From the NCBI GenBank assembly GCA_022707965.1, contig JAKIZO010000004.1:7157-71156 (forward strand): DNA of 64,000 nt, read 5' to 3'. The position numbers and the translations under genes were made by a program. This DNA is from Bacteroidota bacterium. GTDB lineage: Bacteria; Bacteroidota; Ignavibacteria; Kapaibacteriales; UBA2268. How positions within the stretch are numbered: position 1 is the stretch's first letter; the number at the start of each line of letters is the position of its first letter. Below, piece by piece: positions 30,215 to 40,170 of the stretch. The notes under the pieces were generated by a model. That model searched no databases and was not told the origin of the DNA. It saw only the letters and a program-made list of their open reading frames with translations.

Positions 30215-30247
30215 AAGACAGGTTGTTCAGCAGCCTGTCTTTTTTTA
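30215..30247 (+). terminator. rho-independent terminator after pepF (AAGACAGG / CCTGTCTT stem + TTTTTTT)
   Basis: 8-bp stem with an 11-nt loop, followed by a T7 run. Confidence 0.55.
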
Positions 30248-30342
30248 TTAATAGATACAAATATTTATATCTCATATATGAATAAAAATTCAAAATGTTT
30301 TGATAAATTGCAAAAGATATTGAGTATAATTCGAGAAAACAA

Positions 30343-31329
30343 ATGAGAGTATTGGTTACGGGTGCTACTGGATTTATTGGAAGTCACGTTGCAGACAAGC
30401 TTCTTCAAAAAGGTTACCGAGTTCGATGTATAGCACGTAAATCAAGCAACTTACGTTGGTTGGAAGGCAAAGACTTTGAAATTGTTGAAGCAAGCTTAGA
30501 TAATCAAGATAGTTTAGTAAAGGCTGTCGATGGCGTTGATTATATTTATCACGTGGCAGGGCTTACTTTTGCCCGTAATTATGAAGAATTCTTGCGTGGC
30601 AATCGAGATGCAACTGCAAATTTGCTCAAAGTAACAGAACAATATGCACCTAACATAAAAAGATTTCTCTTTGTTAGTAGTCAAACTGTTACCGGACCAG
30701 CGAAATCATTGAATGAACCTGTTGATGAAACCACCCCTTGCCACCCAATTACTTCCTATGGCAAAAGTAAGAAAGCAGCAGAAGACGTTGTTCTATCTTA
30801 TACGGGTAAAATACCATTTACTATTGTTCGTGCCCCCGCTGTTTATGGACCACGGGACACAGCAATTTACGACGTATTTCGCACTGTCAAAATGGGGCTT
30901 GGTGCAATGGTCGGTTTTCGCGACAAATACATTAGCTTAATTCATTCCGAGGACCTATCGCGTGGAATTATCGAAGCAGCAGAAAGCGAAAATACATTAA
31001 ACGAAATATATTTTGTTTCGAGCGAGGAATTTTACACCTGGAAGCAACTGATAAATCTAATTGCTGAAAAGATGAGCAAAAAGTTTGTTTTAAAATTAAG
31101 ACTTCCACATTGGGTGGTTCTTACTGTTGCCGGTATCTCAGAGTTTTTGGGCAAATTCTCAGAAAAACCACCTGTTTTTAACTACGAAAAGGGGATTGAT
31201 TTTATCCAAGATTACTGGATTTGCTCGACTGCAAAAGCAAAACGTGATTTTGGCTATAAGCAACTTATGTCAATTGAAGATGGAATGCAAAATACAATAG
31301 ATTGGTATAAACAAAACAAATGGTTATGA
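30343..31329 (+). CDS. NAD-dependent epimerase/dehydratase (extended SDR family)
   Basis: 328 aa. MRVLVTGATGFIGSHV (TGxxGxxG), and a catalytic YxxxK (YGKSKKAAE). Confidence 0.8.
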   Translation: MRVLVTGATGFIGSHVADKLLQKGYRVRCIARKSSNLRWLEGKDFEIVEASLDNQDSLVKAVDGVDYIYHVAGLTFARNYEEFLRGNRDATANLLKVTEQYAPNIKRFLFVSSQTVTGPAKSLNEPVDETTPCHPITSYGKSKKAAEDVVLSYTGKIPFTIVRAPAVYGPRDTAIYDVFRTVKMGLGAMVGFRDKYISLIHSEDLSRGIIEAAESENTLNEIYFVSSEEFYTWKQLINLIAEKMSKKFVLKLRLPHWVVLTVAGISEFLGKFSEKPPVFNYEKGIDFIQDYWICSTAKAKRDFGYKQLMSIEDGMQNTIDWYKQNKWL

Positions 31330-33857
31330 GGAATATTTACAAAATAATTATTATTTCTTTTTGCATCATAATTCTTGCTTTTTCATTTATTAGTTTTTTA
31401 GTTAATCTTAAAAACATCTCTATTAATCAAAAACTTCAATATACCAAAACTATTCATTTAATGGATACAGTAAAAATCTTTACCAATAATTATGGCATTC
31501 CATACATAAAAGCTCATAGCGACAACGATTTGTTTTTTGCAGTTGGTTATTTTCACGCAAAAGAGCGACTATGGCAAATGGATTTAGCACGTCGCGCTGG
31601 GAAAGGCAAGTTATCCGAAATTTTTGGCGAAAAGACGCTAAAATATGATTTATTTCTTCGTTCCCTCAACTTAGAGAATACTGTTAGAGAAACAAAAGAT
31701 GTTTTAAGCAAAAAATCACTTCAAATACTATCCTCTTTCTCTAATGGAATAAATTTCTATATTCAAGAAAATAAAAACAGACTTAGCTTTGAGTTTGGTC
31801 TTCTTTCGTATGAACCAGAAGAATGGACTGTGGATGATTGCATAATCATTAGCAAGATGATGGCATTTGAATTAAGTCTTGGTTTTTATTACGACATTGC
31901 TTTCGGCGAAATGGCAAATTCATTCGGTTACGAAAAAGCAAAACGGCTTATTCCTTCCTATCCTTCCAATAGTCCTTTTGTGCTTGATGAAACAGTGAAA
32001 ACACGCAACTATTCTATTCCAGAAAATTCAATTGACACATTACATAATGACAGCACAATAGTTTCTCATTCTTTCAATAATAAGTTTAATGTTTTTAGTT
32101 ACAAGGATTTAAAATCGATATTTCAAATCATCTATGAAACAAGAGATTTCCTTGGAATGAATGGTATGTCCGTTGGAAGTAATTCCTGGTCAAGAAATAA
32201 AAGTTTTAATCATAACTCACCCGCTATTTTAGCAAATGACCCACATCTTCCAATAGGCTTGCCCGCAAGATGGTTGCCAATGCACATTCAATCTGACAAT
32301 CTGAATGTTTCCGGCTTTTCAATACCAGGAATTCCTCTGGTGATAATAGGACGAAACGATAATGTTGCTTGGGGAATTACTAACGTAATGCTTGACGATG
32401 TCGATTTTTTTGTTGAAAAAATAGATGATTCCGGGAAATATTATTATTCAAATGATACTTTAAAGAAAGAAATCGCTTATGTTTTAGACACAATTTATAT
32501 TCGAGGGAAAGAAGAATATGTTTACTACCAAAAATACACAGAAAGAGGACAAATTATTTCGGATTCGCATATCTTTTACCAAGAAAATAATACAAAAAAT
32601 AAATATTTAGATAAATTTTCTCTAACTTTTCGCTGGATTGGTAACGTTGCAAACGATGATTTTATTAATATGTACAATATCAATAAAGCAAAAAATTGGG
32701 ATGAATTCACCGAAGCCTTGAATTTATGGAGTGCACCAGCTCTAAATTTTACTTATGCAGACAAGCAAGGTAATATTGGAATTGCGCCAAGCGGATTTAT
32801 ACCAATACGTGACGTAAATTGCAACCCCAATTTCCCAAACAATGCTTTTGAAAGTAAAACGGGTTGGTTGGGTATTGCAAAAGGTGGAGTATTTGGCAAG
32901 CTTTACAACCCGCAAAAAAGATTTGTTGCATCAGCCAACAATAAAACCGCTGACGGAATTCCATATCATATTACTTCATTCTGGGAACCACCTTCACGAA
33001 TTGAGAGAATTGAAGAATTATTGCTGATTAGCGATGAATATACTGTAAGAGATGCCCAATATATGCAAATCGATTATTATTCGATGTATGCAAAACAAAT
33101 GTTTATGTATATTGTTCCTGTACTTGAAAGATATAATAATTTGCTCGATTCCAATGAAAAACGAATCTACAATGATTTCAAAAAATGGGATTTTGTTTTA
33201 AATACAGAAAGCTACGAGGCAACAATTTTTAATCTATTCATTGAGCGTTATCTTTATAATACTTTTTTTGATGACCTTGGTGAGGGATACTTTAAAAAAT
33301 ATCTTTTGTTAAGTGGAATTCCACTCAGAAAACTAATAGAAATATCAACGGACAATTATAACGCTTTTTTCGATGATGTAAGAACTTCAAATGTTGAAAG
33401 GCGTGATTACCAAATTGTGAAAAGTTTCAAAGAAGCAATAAAAAAAGCCAAGGAAACATTCAAAAGCGACAATTATAAACACTGGAAATGGGGAAAACTA
33501 CATACTATAAATCTCAAACACAAACTTTCAGAAGTTGATTTTGTGGGTTCAGTTGTTACTGTCGGACCGTTTCCAATTGGTGGAAATAGCACAACAATAA
33601 ATAATACAGAATATAAGATATACAGTGATTTTGAAACAGTAATTGCTCCATCTGTGCGTTTTATTGCAGATTTGGGTGATGATGTTGTCCATTTTTCGCT
33701 ACCAGGTGGAGTAAGTGGCGACCCACTTAGCCCAAATTATTCCAATTTAGTCCAAATCTGGTTAAATGGTGGATATATTAAATATCATTTCAATAATTAT
33801 TACTTGAATGATTTAAATCTGTCAGTTGTAATTGAACCAATATTATCTGAAAATTGA
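31320..33857 (+). CDS. penicillin amidase / acylase family (S45 Ntn-hydrolase, e.g. AHL-acylase-like) with an N-terminal membrane anchor or signal
   Basis: 845 aa. Hydrophobic N-terminus. GMNGMSVGSNSWS contains the predicted N-terminal-nucleophile Ser (SNSW) of the beta chain. It overlaps the epimerase by 10 nt. Confidence 0.8.
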   Translation: MVMRNIYKIIIISFCIIILAFSFISFLVNLKNISINQKLQYTKTIHLMDTVKIFTNNYGIPYIKAHSDNDLFFAVGYFHAKERLWQMDLARRAGKGKLSEIFGEKTLKYDLFLRSLNLENTVRETKDVLSKKSLQILSSFSNGINFYIQENKNRLSFEFGLLSYEPEEWTVDDCIIISKMMAFELSLGFYYDIAFGEMANSFGYEKAKRLIPSYPSNSPFVLDETVKTRNYSIPENSIDTLHNDSTIVSHSFNNKFNVFSYKDLKSIFQIIYETRDFLGMNGMSVGSNSWSRNKSFNHNSPAILANDPHLPIGLPARWLPMHIQSDNLNVSGFSIPGIPLVIIGRNDNVAWGITNVMLDDVDFFVEKIDDSGKYYYSNDTLKKEIAYVLDTIYIRGKEEYVYYQKYTERGQIISDSHIFYQENNTKNKYLDKFSLTFRWIGNVANDDFINMYNINKAKNWDEFTEALNLWSAPALNFTYADKQGNIGIAPSGFIPIRDVNCNPNFPNNAFESKTGWLGIAKGGVFGKLYNPQKRFVASANNKTADGIPYHITSFWEPPSRIERIEELLLISDEYTVRDAQYMQIDYYSMYAKQMFMYIVPVLERYNNLLDSNEKRIYNDFKKWDFVLNTESYEATIFNLFIERYLYNTFFDDLGEGYFKKYLLLSGIPLRKLIEISTDNYNAFFDDVRTSNVERRDYQIVKSFKEAIKKAKETFKSDNYKHWKWGKLHTINLKHKLSEVDFVGSVVTVGPFPIGGNSTTINNTEYKIYSDFETVIAPSVRFIADLGDDVVHFSLPGGVSGDPLSPNYSNLVQIWLNGGYIKYHFNNYYLNDLNLSVVIEPILSEN

Positions 33858-33945
33858 ATAAAATAAAAAAATATTATTTTCGATTTGTTATTTTTGTATT
33901 CATTAGAAATTTCATTATTTCATTTTATAAATGTGAGGTATAAGA

Positions 33946-36768
33946 ATGTCGAAAGAAAAAAAATCAAAAACCAAAACTCCAAAATATGTTTATTATTTTG
34001 GTGGTGGCAAAGCCGAAGGCGATGCAAATATGAAAGAACTTCTTGGTGGTAAAGGTGCAAATCTTGCTGAAATGGTGAATATGGGTTTGCCTGTTCCACC
34101 TGGATTTACAATCACAACAGAAGTTTGTACTTATTACTACCAGAATAACAAAACTTATCCTAAAGAACTATACAAGCAAGTAGAAGAAGCAATTGAAAAA
34201 TTAGAGAAAGAAATGGGTGCAAAATTTGCAGACCCGAAAAATCCATTGTTAGTTTCCGTTCGTTCGGGTGCTCGTGCTTCTATGCCCGGAATGATGGATA
34301 CAATCCTCAATTTAGGTCTAAATGATGTTACTGTGCAAGGTTTAATAGAACGTTCAGGCAATCCTCGTTTTGCTTATGATTCATACCGCCGTTTTGTTGC
34401 AATGTACGGCGATGTCGTTCTTGAAATGAAACCAGAAAGCAAAGATGAAGAAGATCCATTCGAAGTAATTCTGGAAAGAAAAAAACACGCTCGTGGTGTC
34501 AAACTTGATGTCGAACTTACAGCGGAAGATTTGAAAGAATTAGTATACGAATTTAAACAAGCGATTAAGGAACGCACTGGCAAAGACTTCCCCGAAGACC
34601 CGAAAGAGCAGCTCTGGGGTGCAATCGGTGCAGTATTCAATTCCTGGATGAATCCAAGAGCAATAGTTTATCGCAAACTCAATAATATTCCCGAATCCTG
34701 GGGAACTGCTGTAAATGTCCAGGCAATGGTCTTTGGAAATATGGGCGAAGATTCGGGAACAGGCGTTGCATTTACTCGTGATGCTGCTACTGGTGAAAAT
34801 TACTTCTACGGTGAATTTTTAATGAACGCTCAGGGTGAAGATGTCGTTGCAGGTATTCGTACACCACACAAAATTGAACTTTTAAAAGAAATTGACCCCG
34901 CTTCATATAATCAACTTGAAAAAATTCGCAAAATTTTAGAAAAGCACTACCGCGATATGCTCGATATAGAGTTCACAATTCAAAATAAAAAGCTCTATAT
35001 GTTGCAATGTCGCGTTGGAAAACGCACAGCTATGGCTGCTATGAAAATCGCTGTTGATATGGTGAATGAAAAACTCATCAAGCCAAAAGAAGCATTAATG
35101 AGAATAGAGCCCGATCAGCTTAACCAATTGCTTAGACCTGTATTTGATCTTAACGAAAAGAAAAAAGCACTCCAAGAAAATCGCTTGTTAGCAAAAGGTC
35201 TTAATGCCGGACCTGGTGCTGCGACAGGTAAAATTGTATTTAATGCAGAAGATGCTGTTGCAGAAGCTAAGAAAGGCGAAAAAGTAATTTTAGTCCGTAT
35301 TGAAACTTCGCCCGAAGATATTGCTGGAATGAATGCCGCAGAAGGTATTCTCACTGCTCGCGGTGGTATGACTTCCCACGCTGCACTTGTTGCAAGACAA
35401 ATGGGCAAAGTGTGTGTTGCTGGCTGTGGAAGTTTAATAATAGATTATAAAGCACGTACATTGAAAGTAGAAGGTTCCGACGTTGTTCTCAAAGAAGGTG
35501 ACTGGATCTCAATCGACGGTTCAACTGGTGAAGTAATTGCTGGTAAAGTCGAAACTAAACCAAGTGAAGTAATCGAAGTATTATTGCAAAAGACTTTGAA
35601 GCCCGAAGATGCACCAACCTACAAAATTTACGAGCAAATTATGAACTGGGCTGATGAATACCGCCGTTTGAATGTTCGCACAAACGCAGACCAACCTGAC
35701 CAGGCTGCTAATGCAGTTGCTTTTGGTGCAGAAGGTATTGGTTTGTGCCGTACCGAACATATGTTCTTCGGTGAAGGTAAAATTGGTCCAATGAGAGAAA
35801 TGATTTTAGCTGATAATGTAGAAGACCGTAGAAAAGCTTTGGCGAAATTGCTTCCATTCCAGAGAGCAGATTTTGAAGGAATATTTGAAGCAATGGACGG
35901 TCGTCCTGTTACTATTCGTACAATTGACCCACCACTGCACGAATTCTTGCCACACGACGAAGCCGGGCAGAAACAAGTTGCCAAAGAAATGGGAATTGAT
36001 TACAAGAAAGTAAAAGAAAGAGTTGAAGCACTCCACGAGTTCAATCCAATGCTTGGTTTCCGTGGCTGCCGCCTTGGTCTTATCTATCCTGAAATCACTG
36101 AAATGCAAGCACGCGCTATTTTTGAAGCAACTGTTAATGTAATGAAACGCGGTAAGAAAGTTCTTCCAGAAGTGATGATACCACTCGTTGGAAATGTTAA
36201 GGAATTGAAACACCAGGAAGAAATCGTTCGCAGCGTTGCTAATAAAGTTATGGAGGAAACAGGCGTTAAGTTCGAATATTTAGTTGGAACAATGATTGAA
36301 GTGCCAAGAGGTGCTATTACTGCAAAACAAATTGCCGAAGTTGCTGAATTCTTCTCATTTGGAACAAACGACTTAACACAAACTACACTTGGTTTGAGCC
36401 GTGATGATTCGGGCAGATTTTTACCTGAATATGTAAATCGTGAAATTTATGCAGTTGATCCATTCGTTTCAATCGACCGTGAAGGTGTTGGCTTCTTGAT
36501 GAAACACGCAGTTTCAGAAGGTCGCTTAACTCGACCAAATATTAAACTTGGTATTTGTGGCGAACACGGTGGTGATCCTGCATCTGTAGAATTCTGTCAC
36601 GAAATTGGGTTAAATTATGTTTCTTGTTCACCGTTCAGAGTGCCTATCGCTCGTTTAGCAGCTGCTCGTGCTGCAATTCGTGAAGAATTAGCTAAAAAAG
36701 CTGAGAAAAAAGCAAAAAAGGAAGAAAAGAAATCTGATAAAAAGAAAGATAAAAAAGTAAAGAAGTAA
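33946..36768 (+). CDS. ppdK: pyruvate, phosphate dikinase with an unusual lysine-rich C-terminal tail
   Basis: 940 aa. N-terminal PEP-utilisers ATP-grasp region, phospho-His region ([21 protein letters not shown]) and a PEP/pyruvate TIM barrel ([10 protein letters not shown]). It ends ...[27 protein letters not shown]. Confidence 0.95.
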   Translation: MSKEKKSKTKTPKYVYYFGGGKAEGDANMKELLGGKGANLAEMVNMGLPVPPGFTITTEVCTYYYQNNKTYPKELYKQVEEAIEKLEKEMGAKFADPKNPLLVSVRSGARASMPGMMDTILNLGLNDVTVQGLIERSGNPRFAYDSYRRFVAMYGDVVLEMKPESKDEEDPFEVILERKKHARGVKLDVELTAEDLKELVYEFKQAIKERTGKDFPEDPKEQLWGAIGAVFNSWMNPRAIVYRKLNNIPESWGTAVNVQAMVFGNMGEDSGTGVAFTRDAATGENYFYGEFLMNAQGEDVVAGIRTPHKIELLKEIDPASYNQLEKIRKILEKHYRDMLDIEFTIQNKKLYMLQCRVGKRTAMAAMKIAVDMVNEKLIKPKEALMRIEPDQLNQLLRPVFDLNEKKKALQENRLLAKGLNAGPGAATGKIVFNAEDAVAEAKKGEKVILVRIETSPEDIAGMNAAEGILTARGGMTSHAALVARQMGKVCVAGCGSLIIDYKARTLKVEGSDVVLKEGDWISIDGSTGEVIAGKVETKPSEVIEVLLQKTLKPEDAPTYKIYEQIMNWADEYRRLNVRTNADQPDQAANAVAFGAEGIGLCRTEHMFFGEGKIGPMREMILADNVEDRRKALAKLLPFQRADFEGIFEAMDGRPVTIRTIDPPLHEFLPHDEAGQKQVAKEMGIDYKKVKERVEALHEFNPMLGFRGCRLGLIYPEITEMQARAIFEATVNVMKRGKKVLPEVMIPLVGNVKELKHQEEIVRSVANKVMEETGVKFEYLVGTMIEVPRGAITAKQIAEVAEFFSFGTNDLTQTTLGLSRDDSGRFLPEYVNREIYAVDPFVSIDREGVGFLMKHAVSEGRLTRPNIKLGICGEHGGDPASVEFCHEIGLNYVSCSPFRVPIARLAAARAAIREELAKKAEKKAKKEEKKSDKKKDKKVKK

Positions 36769-36798
36769 TAATTTGCGATATTATTTTGAATGAAAAAT

Positions 36799-36830
36799 AA
36801 GGCGGGTTTTCCAACTCGCCTTTAATTTTT
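36799..36830 (+). terminator. terminator hairpin after ppdK (AAGGCGGG / CTCGCCTT with one G-U, then TTTAATTTTTT)
   Basis: Inverted repeat 36799-36806 / 36815-36822 followed by a T-rich stretch. Confidence 0.45.
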
Positions 36831-36951
36831 TATTCAAATTCAATTTATATATGAATTGTGAATTGAAATACTATAAATCCTTTTCTTCCTCTTTTCTATT
36901 CAAATTTTTTTGTTATTTTTGAAAATTGTTTCAGTGTAATTTTTTTTTGAT

Positions 36952-37320
36952 ATGGCATTTTTTATAAAAAAGATAGCATTTCCAGATAAGAATCTTATTG
37001 AAACTCATTGGAATGACGGCTTTAGGTCAGTTATTAAACTCGAAGTCTTACGCAATAATTGTCCTTGTGCAGATTGTCAGGAGAATAAGGGCAAAAGTCA
37101 AAGTGGATTTATTAATTTGAATACTTTCAAACCAGGGAAATTCAATATTAAGAAAATAAATGTCGTTGGCAATTATGCCATTAATCCTATTTGGGAAGAT
37201 GGACACGACACAGGAATTTATCCATTCGATTTCTTACGTAATTTATTTGAAAATTATAAACTTAATGATGAAGAAATTGATAAAATAATAAAAATTAATA
37301 ATCAAACGCATAATAATTAA
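36952..37320 (+). CDS. DUF971 domain protein (Cys-rich, gamma-butyrobetaine-hydroxylase N-terminal-like)
   Basis: 122 aa. Two half-repeats (HWNDGFRS...LRNNCPCADC and IWEDGHDTGIYPFDFLRN) match the W.DGH.S....LR..CpCa.C pattern of DUF971. Confidence 0.5.
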   Translation: MAFFIKKIAFPDKNLIETHWNDGFRSVIKLEVLRNNCPCADCQENKGKSQSGFINLNTFKPGKFNIKKINVVGNYAINPIWEDGHDTGIYPFDFLRNLFENYKLNDEEIDKIIKINNQTHNN

Positions 37321-37329
37321 AGGAGTGTT

Positions 37330-38979
37330 ATGAGAACCGTAAAAGTCCCCAAAGGTACAGAGTTAACTTGTAAGAACTGGCAAATTGAAGCCGCATATAG
37401 AATGATACATCATAATTTAGACCCGGAAAATGCTGAAAAACCATCTGAACTGATTGTTTACGGTGGCTACGGCAAAGCTGCTCGCAATTGGGAATGCTTC
37501 GATGCAATAGTTGATTGTCTGAAAAACTTAAATGAAGATGAAACTTTGCTTGTTCAATCAGGAAAACCCGTCGGTATAGCTAAAACTTACACATCTGCTC
37601 CAAAAGTAATTATAGCAAATTCTAATCTTGTCCCCAAATGGGCTAATTGGGACGAATTTCGCAAGCTTGACGAGCTTGGTTTGATAATGTACGGACAAAT
37701 GACTGCTGGAAGCTGGATATACATTGGCACCCAGGGTATTTTGCAAGGCACTTACGAAACATTTGCAGAATGTGCCCGTCAACATTTTGGTGGTGATTTA
37801 GCCGGTCGTTTCTTGCTTACCGGTGGTATGGGAGGTATGGGTGGAGCTCAACCTCTTGCCGCTACTTTTGCGGGTGCAGTTTCGATAACAGTTGAAATTG
37901 ATGAAGCTCGCATAGATAAAAGAATTCACGATGGTTATTGCGACATAAAGGTAGACAATCTGGATAAAGCACTTGAACTTGTTGAACAATATAAAAAAGA
38001 AAAAAAAGCTATTTCAATTGGATTAATTGGCAATACTGCTGAAATTCTTCCCGAAATATTACGTCGTGGAATTATTCCTGATGTTGTAACTGACCAGACA
38101 GCAGCTCACGACCCGCTCAACGGTTACTACCCTGCGGGATATTCCAAACAAGAAGCTGATGAATTAAGAAAATCAAATCCACAAAAGTATTTGGAAGAAG
38201 CATATAAATCAATTGCAATTCACGTTCAAACAATGCTTGAATTCCAAAAACGCGGTTCTATTGTTTTTGATTATGGTAATAATATCCGTGGTATTGCAAA
38301 AGAATATGGCAATATTCAAAATGCTTTTGATTTCCCAGGGTTTGTTCCTGCATATATTCGCCCGCTCTTCTGTGATGGCAAAGGTCCTTTCCGCTGGGTT
38401 GCTCTATCTGGTGATCCAAATGATATAAAGAAAACTGATGACGCAATAATGGATTTGTTCCCTAACGACACAGCTTTGCACAGATGGATTAAGAATGCTC
38501 AACAACGCGTTCGCTATCAGGCTTTGCCCGCAAGAATATGCTGGCTTGGCTATGGTGACAGAATGAAAGCAGGACTTCTCTTCAACGAACTCGTAAAAAA
38601 TGGTGATGTAAGCGCACCAATAGTAATTGGTCGCGACCATTTAGATTGTGGCTCTGTTGCTTCACCTTATCGCGAAACAGAAAGTATGAAAGATGGCTCA
38701 GATGCTATTGCTGATTGGGTTTATCTCAACTTTGCTTTAAATGCTATTGGTGGTGCTTCTTGGGTTTCCTTCCATCACGGTGGGGGTGTTGGTATGGGAC
38801 TTTCACTTCACGCTGGAATGGTTGTGGTTGCTGATGGCACCGAAGAAGCAGAAGGAAGATTATCCCGCGTGCTCACTTACGACCCGTTGATGGGAATTCT
38901 ACGCCATTCTGATGCTGGTTACGATCGCGCTATTGAAAATGCTAAAAAACATAATATTGTAATTCCAATGTTAAAATGA
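37330..38979 (+). CDS. hutU: urocanate hydratase
   Basis: 549 aa. Near-textbook urocanase sequence across its length ([44 protein letters not shown]). AAGGAG SD upstream. Confidence 0.95.
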   Translation: MRTVKVPKGTELTCKNWQIEAAYRMIHHNLDPENAEKPSELIVYGGYGKAARNWECFDAIVDCLKNLNEDETLLVQSGKPVGIAKTYTSAPKVIIANSNLVPKWANWDEFRKLDELGLIMYGQMTAGSWIYIGTQGILQGTYETFAECARQHFGGDLAGRFLLTGGMGGMGGAQPLAATFAGAVSITVEIDEARIDKRIHDGYCDIKVDNLDKALELVEQYKKEKKAISIGLIGNTAEILPEILRRGIIPDVVTDQTAAHDPLNGYYPAGYSKQEADELRKSNPQKYLEEAYKSIAIHVQTMLEFQKRGSIVFDYGNNIRGIAKEYGNIQNAFDFPGFVPAYIRPLFCDGKGPFRWVALSGDPNDIKKTDDAIMDLFPNDTALHRWIKNAQQRVRYQALPARICWLGYGDRMKAGLLFNELVKNGDVSAPIVIGRDHLDCGSVASPYRETESMKDGSDAIADWVYLNFALNAIGGASWVSFHHGGGVGMGLSLHAGMVVVADGTEEAEGRLSRVLTYDPLMGILRHSDAGYDRAIENAKKHNIVIPMLK

Positions 38980-39112
38980 TATTAAAGTTTGTTCAAAAAT
39001 TTACGATAAAAAAATGTAACTTATTTTTTTTATATTAGTATATTGAATTAAAAGGAGGTGCAATTCTAAATAATTATATTCTTTCATTATTGTAACTTTC
39101 AAGGTAATAGTT

Positions 39113-39766
39113 GTGGGAAGAAAAAAGAAAATAGATACGTTGAAAATAACAGCGAATGGAAGCCATTCTGAGGAAGTAAAAAATGGTAATGAAGTTGCAA
39201 ATACAAGTTCTAATTTAACAGAACAAATCGAACAACTTTTTAAAACTGATAGAAAAAAGTTTTTAGGCTTCATTCGCCAAAGAGTTCGTAGCCAGGAAGA
39301 AGCGGAAGATATTTTGCAGGACGTTTTTACTAACGTTCTTGCAGCTTCAGCCAACGTCCAGAAGCCAATTGAAAATATTGCTTCGTGGGTGTTTACTGCT
39401 GTTCGTAACCGAATTATTGATTCATACAGAAAAAAAAGAGCCGAAACCTTTACTGATATGCAGACTCAGGGTCAAGCCGACGAAGGTGTTGATTCATTCG
39501 AAAACTTCTTAGGTGATTTATCTACAAGCCCGGAAAGCGATTTGATTAGAAAAACAATTTGGGAAGCAGTTCTTGAAGGTTTGAACGAACTTCCCGACGA
39601 ACAAAAAGATGTTTTCGTGAAAAATGAGTTCGAAGGTATTTCTTTCAGAGAAATGTCCGAAGAAACAGGAGTAAATATTAATACTTTGCTCGCACGTAAA
39701 AGGTATGCTGTTTTGCATTTAAGAAAAAAACTAAGGGATTTGTATAAATCTGTGAACAATTCATAA
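39113..39766 (+). CDS. ECF-type sigma-70 family RNA polymerase sigma factor (GTG start; N-terminal extension of uncertain length)
   Basis: Region 2 (LGFIRQRVRSQEEAEDILQDVFTNV...SWVFTAVRNRIIDSYRKK) and region 4 HTH (ISFREMSEETGVNINTLLARKRYAV). GGAGGTG SD at ~39054. There is no in-frame ATG before residue ~115. Confidence 0.75.
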   Translation: MGRKKKIDTLKITANGSHSEEVKNGNEVANTSSNLTEQIEQLFKTDRKKFLGFIRQRVRSQEEAEDILQDVFTNVLAASANVQKPIENIASWVFTAVRNRIIDSYRKKRAETFTDMQTQGQADEGVDSFENFLGDLSTSPESDLIRKTIWEAVLEGLNELPDEQKDVFVKNEFEGISFREMSEETGVNINTLLARKRYAVLHLRKKLRDLYKSVNNS

Positions 39767-39793
39767 GTAAATCAATAATGTTCTATAATTTTT

Positions 39794-39836
39794 CCCCAAT
39801 ATTGAAGTTGTCGATATTGGGGATATTATTTTTTGT
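39794..39836 (+). terminator. terminator hairpin after the ECF sigma gene (CCCCAATAT / ATATTGGGG, then ATTATTTTTTGTT)
   Basis: 9-bp perfect stem with an 11-nt loop and a T-run. Confidence 0.5.
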
Positions 39837-40170
39837 TGATAAGTATTTATCGAGAAGTTCTGGATGTAAAATTATATAATTAATTGTTAAATAATGAGAT
39901 TATATCAAATTACAGTGTTATTGTTGATACATTTACGGATAAATTGGTAACGATAAAAAAAATACCAATTCATTTTATTGTCATTTATTTTTCATTTTTA
40001 TTTAAATATTTATCATCTAAATTTCACATAAAGTTCATAAACACAATAAATGCTTATAAATTATTGATTTAGGTGTGTCTAAATTCATTTTTTCTTTGTT
40101 TAATTCTCTGATATCTTTTTATTTTGTATTAATTATAAGGTTACTTAATATAAATTTATTAAGGTAGTAT

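Noticed and set aside
34155-36213. Antisense ORFs within ppdK (34155..34361, 34374..34640, 35115..35408, 35628..35984, 35806..36213, all -)
   Set aside because: They overlap a strongly conserved coding frame on the opposite strand, and their translations are Ser/Ala/Pro-rich mirror-frame artefacts.
39920-39945. Rex-box-like sequence TTGATAAGTATTTATCGA in the hydrogenase leader
   Set aside because: It is only a loose match to TTGTGAA-N4-TTCACAA in a very AT-rich context. I mention it in the findings but do not call it a feature.
39884-40072. 62-aa ORF in the AT-rich leader upstream of hydB
   Set aside because: Extreme I/F/K/N composition in a >70% AT non-coding leader, with no SD and no homology signal. 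I treat it as non-coding regulatory DNA.
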